Part shown: one piece after another, positions 28,576 to 40,177 of the stretch
Numbering within the stretch: position 1 is the first letter of the stretch
Layout: the number at the start of each line of letters is the position of its first letter
Source: Octopus vulgaris
Taxonomy: Eukaryota
Reading direction: 5' to 3'
Length of the DNA stretch: 64,000 nucleotides
Assembly: GCA_951406725.2 (NCBI GenBank)
Contig: OX597837.1
Coordinates: 930,001-994,000, forward strand
Notes under the pieces: generated by a model
The model's database searches: none
What the model was told of the DNA's origin: nothing
What the model saw: only the letters and a program-made list of their open reading frames with translations
Position numbers and translations under genes: made by a program

Positions 28576-28933
28576 ATATATATATATATATTAAAATATG
28601 GGAGGCAAAGTTGATAATTCTTATGAGACAAAATATATTTGACTCTGACAATTTGCCGTCGGTACAGCAAATACTCAACGGTGTTTGCATTCAATTCAGT
28701 TTTACTGCACTCCAATGTTACCATACCTCTGTTACGTATTTCAGTTCTGTGTCCCTTTAAGTTTACCATAGTTCAATTTATGTATTCCATTTCTGTGATA
28801 CTTCTGGGTTCCCATAGCTCTCCAACATATTCCGTTCCGTGTTTCCCAAATCAATAAGCTTTTGTGAGATAATAAACAATATGTTCAATAATATACAGAA
28901 ATTCTCAAAAGTTAAAACTAATCAAATATGGCG

Positions 28934-28936
<3 letters not shown>

Positions 28937-28988
<52 letters not shown>

Positions 28989-28991
28989 ATA

Positions 28992-29026
<35 letters not shown>

Positions 29027-29280
29027 ATATATATGTGTGTGTGTGTGTGTATATAATTGTGTGTGTATGAGTGTGTATATATATGTGTATGTATATATAT
29101 GTTTATGTGTGTGTATATTTATATATATGTGTGTGTGTATGTGTCTGTGTGCGTGTGTGTATATATGTGTGTGTATATATATATATGTGTGTGTATATAT
29201 ATATATGTATATGTGTGTGTGTATATATGTGTGTATATATATATATATAGATGCGTGTGTGTGTGTGTGTGTGTGTGTAT
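28937..29280. repeat. Compound (TA)n/(TG)n microsatellite
   Basis: Direct inspection. Confidence 0.9.
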
Positions 29281-29420
29281 AAAATGTAATTCCTGTAAAA
29301 TTAAATACGAATGTATATTTTAAATAGCTCAGTCATTTTTTGTTATGGAACCTTACATGTTGCGTAGAGTGGAAACGTATGTTATTATATGGGAAAAAAA
29401 TGATAGTCTACTTTGATTTA

Positions 29421-30711
29421 CGAGGGGCGTTCAATAAGTAATGCCCCTGACCCACTTCCTATAGCAGTAGAGCAACGAAACTTGGCACAGTTATTAGTCT
29501 ATTTCTACATAGCAACCACCCAGAGTTACGCATTTCTACCATCGTTTGATGCAGCTCTGGAGACCGTTTTTGTAGAAGACCCAAGCTTGGTCCTCCAACC
29601 TGAACGTGACTTCAGAAATCAAGGCTGCATCATCTGGGAAACGCTTTCCTTTCAAAAACAACTTCATGACTGGGAAGAGGGGAAAATCAGAGGGTGCAAG
29701 GTCAGGAAAGTAGGGGGGATGGGGGGGGTTCATAGCCATACACCTGTGCTTCTGATCTGGCGACAAGCGAGTTGTGGACCGGAGCGTTGTCCTGCAGGAG
29801 GAGGATGCCTTTGCTGATCTTGCCCCGCCTCTTGATTTTGATAACTTCTCTTAATTTCCTCAAAAGTGAAGCATAATAGGCTCCTGTAATTGTGGTACCC
29901 TTTGCCAGGAAATCTGTCATCACTACTCCGTCCTGGTCCCAGAAGACTGTGAGCATGACCTTGCCAGCGGAGGGCTGCACCCTTGCCTTCTTTGGAGGGG
30001 GTGAGTCACGGTGCTTCCACTGCATTGACTGGGCTTTGGTCTCTGGATCATCGTGATGGACCCAGGTTTCATCCTGTGTAATCAGTCTTTTGAAAAATTT
30101 TGACTCATCTTCTTGGCACATCTCCAAATTCATCCTCGAGCACTCGACGCGTTCTTGCTTCTGGAAAGGCGTGAGCAACCTGGGAATCCATCTGACAGAC
30201 ACCTTTTGCATATGCAAATGGTCATGAATGATAGTTTCCACAGACCCGGTACTAATCTTGACCTCATGGGCTATTTGGCGAATAATTATGCGTCGATCTT
30301 CCAAAATGGCAGCCTCAACTTGACGGACAGATGCCTCATCAATGGCAGAAGCGGGGCGACCAGATCTGGGAGCTGTTTCCACAGAGTTCCGACCATGTTT
30401 GAATTCACGATGCCAGCGTTTTACAAGGTCATATGATGGGGCATCATCACCATAAGTTACTTTCATTTCATCAAAAGTCTCCCGTGGTGTGCGTCCTTTC
30501 AAATACAAAAACCGGATCACTGCTCGACACTCAACAGGCTCCATTTCACACTTGACTCAGTTCAAATACCTGTAAATCAGAAACCACAATTAGTTCAGAG
30601 CTGTAATTTGTCACTTACTCTATAGAGATATAAATGATTGCACATGCAAAATTTCAGCTAGATCAAACAACTGCAAGTGTGTCAGAGGCATTACTTATTG
30701 AACGTCCCTCG
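29421..30711 (-). mobile_element. Full-length mariner transposon (DD34D, irritans-like), 1291 bp
   Basis: 37-bp TIRs cgaggggcgttcaataagtaatgcccctgacccactt / cgagggacgttcaataagtaatgcctctgacacactt; TA duplicated at 29419-29420 and 30712-30713. Confidence 0.96.
29494..30544 (-). pseudogene. Mariner transposase (~350 aa) with one frameshift and one nonsense codon
   Basis: HTH N-terminus, RSGRP, WIPRLL (WVPHEL-like), DETW, QDNA and PYFPDLAPSD motifs. A 2-nt deficit sits in the G-run at 29721-29728, and a TAG at 29536-29538 precedes KCVTLGGCYVEID*. Confidence 0.92.
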
Positions 30712-30945
30712 TAAGCCCTTATCTGTTCAAGAATGGACAGTTGTGATTAAACAATGCTAGAACTTAATGCAGGCTATCATTTATCAATGCAATGAGTACG
30801 CACATGCGTAGAGAATCTAGTGACGCTGATACTAACAAATGAAGCGGCATGACTGAGATTTTCATAAGATCGATAGCAATATAGTTGGCAGATGACATCG
30901 AGCTCATCAAAAACAGAATCTTTTGCTGTGGCTACGTGAAACTCA

Positions 30946-31011
30946 TAATGTGTACATCTGACGAATGTAAATATTTCAATGTTACACGAAACTCGGCGTC
31001 CTTTCACATTA
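30946..31011 (+). ncRNA. Type I hammerhead ribozyme motif, partly decayed
   Basis: taatgtg tacat-CTGACGA-atgtaaatatt tc aatgttacac-GAAA-ctcggcg-TC-cttt cacatta. Intact core and GUC site, long stem II, distal stem I taatgtg/cacatta; proximal stem I is mismatched. Confidence 0.55.
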
Positions 31012-31074
31012 CGTGTTTGCTTTCTCGTCAGTAAATTATATTATATAGTGCTATATACAAAATTATGTGGTGGG

Positions 31075-31300
31075 GCGGCGCGTGGTTTAATGGTTAAGGT
31101 AGAGCACTCATGAATGCAACACCGTGGTTTCGATTCCTGGACTGGACAGTGTTTGTATTTTTGAGGGGAAACGTTGCTCCAGTCCCCTCAGATGGCAAAA
31201 ATGAATCCTGCGACGGGCTGGCGTCTCATCCAGAAGCTGGTAATATAGATATATATCTCATAGAATCCGGGGAACCGGGCTTATGAGCGTATTATTGGAA
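31075..31300 (+). mobile_element. tRNA-derived SINE, family C group
   Basis: tggtttaatggttaagg (A box), ggtttcgattcc (B box), ttgctccagtcccctcagatggcaaaaatga, and cctgcgacgggctggcgtc (V-domain-like, from memory). Confidence 0.65.
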
Positions 31301-32099
31301 AAGGCTTTTGGCCCTTTTAATAGGCTTCATTAAACATAGAGTTCAGTATTCCTTTTTCACTGAGAAACACATCTGATTGCATGAAGAAATATATCATCTG
31401 CAAACACACACACGTTAACTTTGCAACGATATTATAATATTAACTTTTGAACGTGAAATGATGATCTTAAGGTCAGAAAGCAAAAAGCTGTGTGCTAATG
31501 AAAAGCACAATTAATCAACTTCAATTTTAACATTCAAAATGTTTTTCTTCTCGGAAACCTTCGTGTACTGACCCCTTCAGGCTAATGAGCTTCCGGAACA
31601 CACAATATAACTTGACAATACAACAAATACTTTAGCTTTTCATTTCTAAATTTCTAAACATGAAGGGCTTTGTTGGAAAGTCAATACATGAATATATATA
31701 TATATATATATATAATCTTTATTACGTATATATGTGTGTGTGTGCATTTGTGTATAAAACCAAGCTAAAATGTAATAAAAAGATTATATATATGTTTATT
31801 TATTTCTCTTTGATTGTAAATGAACATCAATAAGGCTGGTGGTAGTTCATAAATATTTCTTTCATTAGAAATGAAATAATAACATTCTTTGATTAGAAAG
31901 GCGATGATGATGATGATTGCGTATACAAATGAAATTAATAAAATGGAAATTTTGATAAATAAATTAATAAATAAGAATATAGCAATTAAATTGACATGAT
32001 TAATTATTGTTAATTACTCTAAGTGTTGTTGATTTTGTGCAAAACAGAATGCCATCGACTTAATATTCTTGCGTTTTTTAGGGGGGGGGTAATTTTCTT

Positions 32100-32390
32100 T
32101 GAGGCAGCGAACTGGCAGAATTGTTACACGCTCAGCAAAATGCCCAGCGGCATTTCGACCGCTTTTTATGTTCTGAGTTCAAATTCTGCCGTGGCAAATT
32201 TTTCCTTTTCATCCTTTCGGGATCGATAAAAATATGTACCTGAAGAATTAAAAGGGCGTGTGGAGTGGGATAAATGGTTATGCTAAAGTAAGTGGAGTAC
32301 AATAAGTTTGAATCGATAAAGTATAGTACCAGCCATATAATGGAGTCAACGCAGACCGTATGCTTCCACCAAAACCTGTCAATTTGTGTG
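32100..32390 (+). mobile_element. SINE family B plus a decayed second piece
   Basis: aggcagcgaactggcagaattgtta..tctgagttcaaattctgcc..tttcatcctttcgggatcgataaa. Confidence 0.75.
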
Positions 32391-33530
32391 TTTCGATAAT
32401 GTCATTAGGTGCCTAGTGCCCTCAATGCGATGTCTTTTGATTCTATACAAGTTTAATGGAAGTTGGAAACGATAATGGATTGAGGAAATTCTTGGTGTTG
32501 ATGAGAAGAATTTGAGGAATTTTTTCTTAAAGTAACTTTAGGAAATTATATTTTAGGATTCTAAGGGAAATTTCCAGGTTTCTTCTCATTGTGCTAAACG
32601 GTTGCTTTTCTCACTTCTGCTGAAACTTGCTGTTCCTATCAGTGCTTGAACTAACAGCAACCATTCATCAGCCGGAGTAGATTTGTCTTTCATTTATTCG
32701 GGGGTTGAAAAAACAAAAACAAAAAAAGAACTCTGTCAAGTTCTTGATCGATTTAACCGACAAAATCTCTTCACTGATAGATATAATTTATGATATCTAT
32801 CTATCTATACATCTATATATCTATCTATCTACCTATCTCCCTCATCACATATGTGCATGCTGGTATGTTTGCATCTCCTTATCTACACAAACACATATCT
32901 ATAGGAAATATGTATGTGCGTATGAGAATGTATATGTAATATTTGTGTGTATATATGTATACATTTGGTTTTCCTCCATTTCCTTTCCATGAAACCCCAT
33001 TCGCAAAATATTATTGATTAACCCGAGGCTATTGTACAAAACACACAATATGCCATACAGATGAATCGAACCAGTACCACCTGGTTGCGCTTTTAGCTGC
33101 TCGATCAACAACATAGAAATTTCTACGTTGGATTTCTCTTGCTATTGTTAATGTGTTTGATCTCAATTCTAACATCGTACACACCCTGTAAAACCTTGAG
33201 CAGCAATACCCTAATATAACAATGCGATAAACGAATAATAACACAATACATAAATAAAGGTTATCGTCCAATGTACATATCGGGTTACATTGCCTGTAAG
33301 TTTATTGCCAACATCATTACACTATAACAAATAGAAATTAACACAAACACACGCACACAATCACAAACATGCCCAACCCAAACATACAATCAGAAAACAA
33401 CACACACAAACATATATACACATACAGAAGATAACAACTTACATACATACATCATATATATTTATTCGTAGATATCTATTATTCTCTACTACTCTCTGTG
33501 CGAGTGGTATGATATACGTGTGTGGTTGTG

Positions 33531-33574
<44 letters not shown>

Positions 33575-34387
33575 TCACATGCAGACAATGACATTAAAGC
33601 GTGTGTGTGCTAGTCTGACCTCTCCCCTCCCCAATACCCGATGTTTGGGCATGGAACTACAATAATAAGAAAAGATTAACAGCAAAGACGAATAAACAGA
33701 ACACAATACTTATCTAGTTTGCTTTGATTGTGCGTGTTAGTCGATTGGGTGTTTTGGGTGGGGATGAAAGTGAAAGAGCAAAATAGCATACAGCAGAACA
33801 CAATAGCAGAGAATACCACAAAAAAAAAAAAGAACACAAAATGCGTATATTATATATATATATATATGACCTCGCTCTTATGTATGCATATAATATACGT
33901 GTGTATATATTATATATTTATATATCCCCTCGCTCTTATGTATGTATAATACATGTGCATGTATACGTATATATACATACATACACACACACACAGAGAA
34001 GGGGATAATAGACAACTGATAAAGTACAAGCTACTGAAGAAAGACCAGATCACTAAATACTTGTAAATATATCAGAGAAACAGAGGAGAAAGGGAATAGC
34101 TGCAAAAACAGTAGCAGCAAAGACATGACAGTTTCTTCGAATATAGGGATTAGGGGTGAGTGAGTGTGCGGGAGAAGGGTGCGGTCGGCAGTGATTACAA
34201 TAAAACAATATATGAAGAGCATCTATCAGAATGAAGAAGCACGAAGGAGTAGATGAAGAAAAGGCGATATCTTTATTATAGGGCTGGGCTGTTGTTATTG
34301 GCTGATGGAGACTAGAAGACTAAAGATAGTGATATACGTTCAACAACACGTTTGATGTGTGGCGAATGGTGAAGTAGATGATTCTAG

Positions 34388-34441
<54 letters not shown>

Positions 34442-34626
34442 GAGAGAGAGAGAGAGAAAGAAAGAGAGTGTGTTTGTTGGCTATTATCGGCTGAAGTCTT
34501 ACAAGCTATCTATCTATCCAAACAAAATAAGCGCTTAAAATCGGGGAGAACAACAATTTAAGGTAAAATTCCTCAATAACAAGCTGTAGCATAGAAACTT
34601 ATGTTTCAATTGAAACCCCCTCTCCA

Positions 34627-34726
<100 letters not shown>

Positions 34727-34948
34727 ATTAACCTTCCTCATTTGTTCTCTGAATTTGAAATTGAAAGAAACATGAATAGTCATGTACGTACCATAATCTA
34801 AAAACCACTCCCATGTACACAATGTGTGGTTGTATCTGCATCCGTATATGTAAATATGTGTTTATATATGAGTAAATATGTTATATATAAATACATACGA
34901 ATATGTATACATGTTCTTATATGTGGATACATCAGTGTGCCTCTCTCT

Positions 34949-35032
<84 letters not shown>

Positions 35033-36005
35033 ATACGAATATGTATTTCTTTTACTCTCTCGACCATTATCCTATAATCGCTTTCCTTTCCGCAGCACGC
35101 ACCTGCAAGAACACTAATCTGTTTACTCTAAATTCTTCTGTCTATATCCTTCGTAGATTACTCCTAATCCCAATGCTATCGTCTACTTATTATTTATTGC
35201 AAATGTATTTCACATAACTTTTCGATAAACATAATGAATTGTGCTGATTAGCTCGCTGATTATAACTCAATGTTTACTCAACAATGTCAGCAAAAGACTA
35301 CTTTATAAAACTGCACCCAAGGAATGAGATCGATATGATTTTCTGTGTTAGAAATCATTGTTTTTAGAAATTTAAAAATCGAAATTATATTACGTACCTA
35401 GCGATATTTAATTACCTCCCTTTACAAGCTGTATTGCAACTCCAAAGAGATTGACTTAGTTATTCACGCTTCCGAAGTTAAAATAAAGGTACCTGTCAAG
35501 CCTTTGATCGTTCTGATCGAAATATACACTCCTTCGCTCAAACTATTCAAATCTTAGATCAGAAATATTTACTATTTAACGCTATGAAAACAAATATTTC
35601 CTGACGCACTGGAAGATCATACTCTCAACTTTCTTTGCTGGTTATTTCTTAATATTTTACCAATTACAATTATGCAAACTCCCCACCCAACCTTCACACT
35701 CAACAGGGCAATACATATTCTTACCATATTATTAGGAAGAAATCAATACTTGTATGATTATTGACTTGTTGCATCGGCGGAGCGAACAAAATGCCATTAC
35801 GTTTTATTTCTTTTTCAAATACTCGGCAATTGAATCCGATTTACGTCATCCTTCACTCCAAGTAAATACCAGTCAAATACTGAGTCCTTTTAATCCTTTT
35901 CTTAATATATTTCAGTCGAAATGCACTGTCTATATTTCACTTAGTTTTGAAAATAACATATTTAATGAAATTACTTTATTATTAAGCTGGTGTTTTTTGA
36001 AATAT

Positions 36006-36317
36006 CACCGTGATCACCGTGACCGACCAGGCTATCAGATGTTGCTACACGTCGGCAGTCACAATGTGCTTTCCATTGTTTTAGCCTTTAAATGACGCCT
36101 CCCCGCTGTCTAAGTGAGCAGGCCAACAGAAGAAATAGTGAGAGAAGATTGTCGCGAAAGAGTATTGCAGGGATCGCCACCACCCCCTGCCGGAGCCTCG
36201 TGGATTTTTAGGTGTTTTCGCTCAATAAACACTCACATTGCCCGGTCTGGGAATCGAAACCGCGATCCTACAACTGCGAGTACGCTGCCCTATCCACTGG
36301 GCCATTACGCCTCTACA
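36006..36317 (-). mobile_element. tRNA-derived SINE family D with 12-bp TSD
   Basis: Minus-strand head gaggcgtaatggcccagtggatagggcagcgtactcgcagttgtaggatcgcggtttcgattcccaga. The direct repeat tttttgaaatat lies at 35994-36005 and 36318-36329. Confidence 0.85.
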
Positions 36318-37949
36318 TTTTTGAAATATAACCAACATACAATTTTCATAGGTTTTAATCAAGGTGACTTTAAAACCGGGAGATTCTCTCACAGAATTAG
36401 GGATGGTCTTTGGCTATTTGATATCTAACGGCTTTATCAACTTCCAATCCTATTAATTATGCGACTTTGTATCTAGGTTAGAAATCCTTATCAAAAACTA
36501 TTAACATATTGTAAGACAATTGTTTGTCCGAATCATTATGAACTTTTCCAAAAGAACCGAGCGTTGTGTTTCTTTGCGTTTTGAGTTAAAATTCTGCCCC
36601 CATCCGTTTTAGCTTTCATCAGTTCAGAAGCGGTAAATAAGCAAGGAGTCCAGTACTAAATCCAATTCTTCCTTCCCTCATTGTTTCTTTCTTAGAATCG
36701 ACCCGGTTATGTTGTTAGCAGTTAAAAGAGGAACTCTTATAGAGAAACACTCCTTCAAGAAATCGACTAGAGCTCAACTAGAGTCTACCAATCTTATTTC
36801 ATCCAGAAGTCATATAACAAGGCTGCAGTTGATAGACTGTTGAATGGTTCCACGGAGGATGGTAAAAAGAAAGAATTAATGCTATTTTGGTTGTCAGAAT
36901 TGGTAGAATTAGTACAGCAGCGCGCAACGTTTTCTTTCCGGCGTTAAAGTCATGAGTTCAAATCTTAGCAGAATGGAATTTATTTTCCCATTGTCTGTTG
37001 TTGGTTGAACAACCATTTAATTAATGGCTTTTGAAATTATCTCCTGCATAGTTTCTTCTCAATCTTGTGGTGACGTTGCAAATTATTGCCGTCATTAATT
37101 GCTAGTTTAATTTGTGAACGCCTGTGTGTGCACATGTCTGTGTGCGCGTGTATATATATATATACATATACATGAAAAGTGTATGTGTGCATGCATACAC
37201 ACACACACACACACAAACTCACACACACATATATATATGCTTGAAAAGTGTATGTGTGTATATATATATATACACACACACAATAAAAATGTGTTTATAA
37301 GTATAAAAAGTATGTGAATATATAACATGTATATATACACACTCACATACACATATTCATATGTGAATGTATATGCGTATATATGTATGCACATGTATAT
37401 GTGTATCAATACTTCGCCATCATTAACCCTTCATTCTGAAGCTTAAGGCCAAAAAGTTATTCAAAGATTAATGATTAAGATGGATCAGTAAGGAAACATA
37501 AAAATCATTAATGAAAATGATTAAACTCCAGCATGGTCGTGTCTTCAACATAACACATTTATCTCTCTCATACACACAGACACACACACACACACTTAAC
37601 ATATGTGTGTATGTGTGAGTGTGCCTATGTATATTTATGAGTGAATGCATATATGTCTATATATATCTATATATATACACATATGTATATAGTGTGGTTG
37701 CTCAGACGAGAGTCAGACGAGACTATAAAGTATCGTCGATGTAAAATGGAATGGGAACAAAACACAATGGCGCTCGACCACAATTGAGTCACGTGACGTC
37801 ACTATGTTGTTTCCGGACCGGAAACTTCTATATCTTTCTTTTCTTCTCTATACAATTATTGTTGCGTTTTTGTTTGTGTTATAATGTAGTTATTATTAGC
37901 GTTTTTTATTTGTTTTTGCATATGCCATATTATATTAATTACTCCATGA

Positions 37950-37981
<32 letters not shown>

Positions 37982-38173
37982 CGTTGTCGTAGTCGTTCTC
38001 GTTATCATGATTCTCATCATATAAAATATAAGTCACATTCCCCTTCCCCACCACACTCACGTGCATGTGTGTGAGAGAGCCATGGGCAATATGTTCACTA
38101 AAAGCACCCACCCTTCTCTTCTACAACCTTATTACAGTTTTTGTTTTTATTTTGTTTCTATTTAATATCCGTT

Positions 38174-38269
<96 letters not shown>

Positions 38270-38300
38270 CTACTACTACTACTATTATTAGTGTTATTAT

Positions 38301-38516
38301 GAAGGTGCCCAGTTAGCAGGAACGTTAGCACGCCGGACGAAATGCTTAGTGGCATTTCGTCCGTCTTCGCGTTCTAAGTTCAAATTCCGCCAAGGTCGAC
38401 TTTGCCTACCATCCTTTCGGGGTCGATAAATGAAGTACCAGTGAAACACTGTGGTCGACATTATCGACTAGTTCCCTCCCGTCAAACTTCAAGGCCTTGT
38501 GCCTTCAGTAAACAGG

Positions 38517-38564
<48 letters not shown>

Positions 38565-39005
38565 GCTATTGTTGTTATTATTAAGGCGGCGAGCTGACAG
38601 AATCGTTAGCACGCTGGACTAATGCTTAGCGGCATTTCGTCCGTGTCTAAGTTCTTATTTCAAATTCCACCAATATTAACTTTGCCATTCATCCTTTCAG
38701 GGCTGATGAGGTAGGTACAAGTTGAACACCGGGGTCGTTGTAATCGACTTAATAACTCCCCTCCCCAAAATTCCAGGCCTAGTGCCTATAAATAAATGGA
38801 TTATTATTATTATTATTATTATTATTAGATTCTTAAGTTGGGAGAATTGTGATCGCCTCGGTAAAATGCTTTGCCGTATTTCTGTTGGCTTTAACAGTTT
38901 GAGATCAAATCTTTCCGAAATCAATGTTAACTTTGATCTTTCTTTTTTCGTTGCTTTTACACAAATACCAGCACAATATTTGGGTCCTTTTAATCGACCA
39001 CCTAA
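38301..39005 (+). mobile_element. Three head-to-tail family B SINEs separated by (ATT)n
   Basis: Copies at ~38301-38520, 38582-38800 and 38835-39000. Confidence 0.85.
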
Positions 39006-39288
39006 ATTTAGAAACACTTAAGGGTAGGTATGGAAGTGCGTGCCTTAGGGGTTAGGGTGTTGCACTCGTGATCGGGCAATGCGTTGTAGATACATATATA
39101 CGACTTCGAAACGTGGATTAGTTGAAATAAGGACAACTGAAGAAGGGGACTATTCTTTATGTTATATGTCTCGTTTCTCTGGTTGGTTTTTTTTTTTCGT
39201 TGTTCGAAAAAAAAGTTCGTTTCTATGTTTTTGTTTTTATGTTTTCGTTTCTTATTGTGTTCAAAGTTTTTTTGATGTCTTGTACCAT

Positions 39289-39430
39289 AGGCGCAGGAGT
39301 GGCTGTGTGGTAAGTAGCTTGCTAACCAACCACATGGTTCCGGGTTCAGTCCCACTGCGTGGCATCTTGAGCTATAGCCCCGGGCCGACAAATGCCTTGT
39401 GAGTGGAAAGAAGCCTGTCGTATATATGTA

Positions 39431-39481
<51 letters not shown>

Positions 39482-39564
39482 GGTGTGTGTGTGTGTGTGT
39501 GTTTGTCTGTGTTCGTGTTCGTCCCTTCCTGTATTTTCGTTCATTATATATAAAAACATTCATT

Positions 39565-39606
<42 letters not shown>

Positions 39607-39838
39607 GTGTGTGTGTGTGTGTTTTTGTGTGTCTGTGTTTGTCCCCCTAGCATTGCTTGACAACCGATGCTGGTGTGTTTACGTTCCCGTCACTTAGCGG
39701 TTCGGCATAAATGAGACCGATAGAATAAGTACTGGGCTTACAAAGAATAAGTCCCGGGGTCGATTTGCTCGACTAAAGGCGGTGCTCCAGCATGGCCGCA
39801 GTCAAATGACTGAAACAAGTAAAAAAGAGTAAAAGAGT
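39289..39838 (+). mobile_element. SINE family A with ~200-bp internal microsatellite
   Basis: aggcgcaggagtggctgtgtggtaagtagc..ccgggttcagtcccactgcgtggca..gactaaaggcggtgctccagcatggcc..aagagtaaaagagt. Confidence 0.9.
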
Positions 39839-39890
39839 ATATATGCATGGTATGTATATATACATATATATGTAGGCATATATATATATA

Positions 39891-40177
39891 TATAATCCTT
39901 TCTACTAAAGGCACAAGGACTGAAATTTTACTGAAGGGGCCAGTCGATTAGATCGACCCCAGTACTTAATTTATCGACCTCAAAAGGATGAAATGGCAGA
40001 ATCGTTGGCACGCTGGGTAAAGTGCTTAACAGCATTTCATCCGTCTTTACGTTCTGAGTTCAAATTCTTTCGAGGTCGATAAATTAAGTACCAGTTGTGT
40101 ACTGGGATCGATCTAATCGACTGGCCCCTTCCCGCAAAATTTCAGTCCTTGTGCCTTTAGTAGTAAGGATTATATAT
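39891..40177. mobile_element. Palindromic composite of two family B SINE pieces
   Basis: The minus-strand tail (39891-39990) is joined to a plus-strand copy (39994-40177); the arms are reverse complements over ~70 bp. Confidence 0.8.

Noticed and set aside
36240-36313. tRNA-like sequence
   Set aside because: It is the head of a SINE with body and TSD, not a free-standing tRNA gene; the same holds for the other A/B-box heads.
38301-39005. Regularly spaced repeats suggesting a CRISPR-like array
   Set aside because: The units are ~220-bp SINE copies separated by (ATT)n in a eukaryotic context, with no cas genes.
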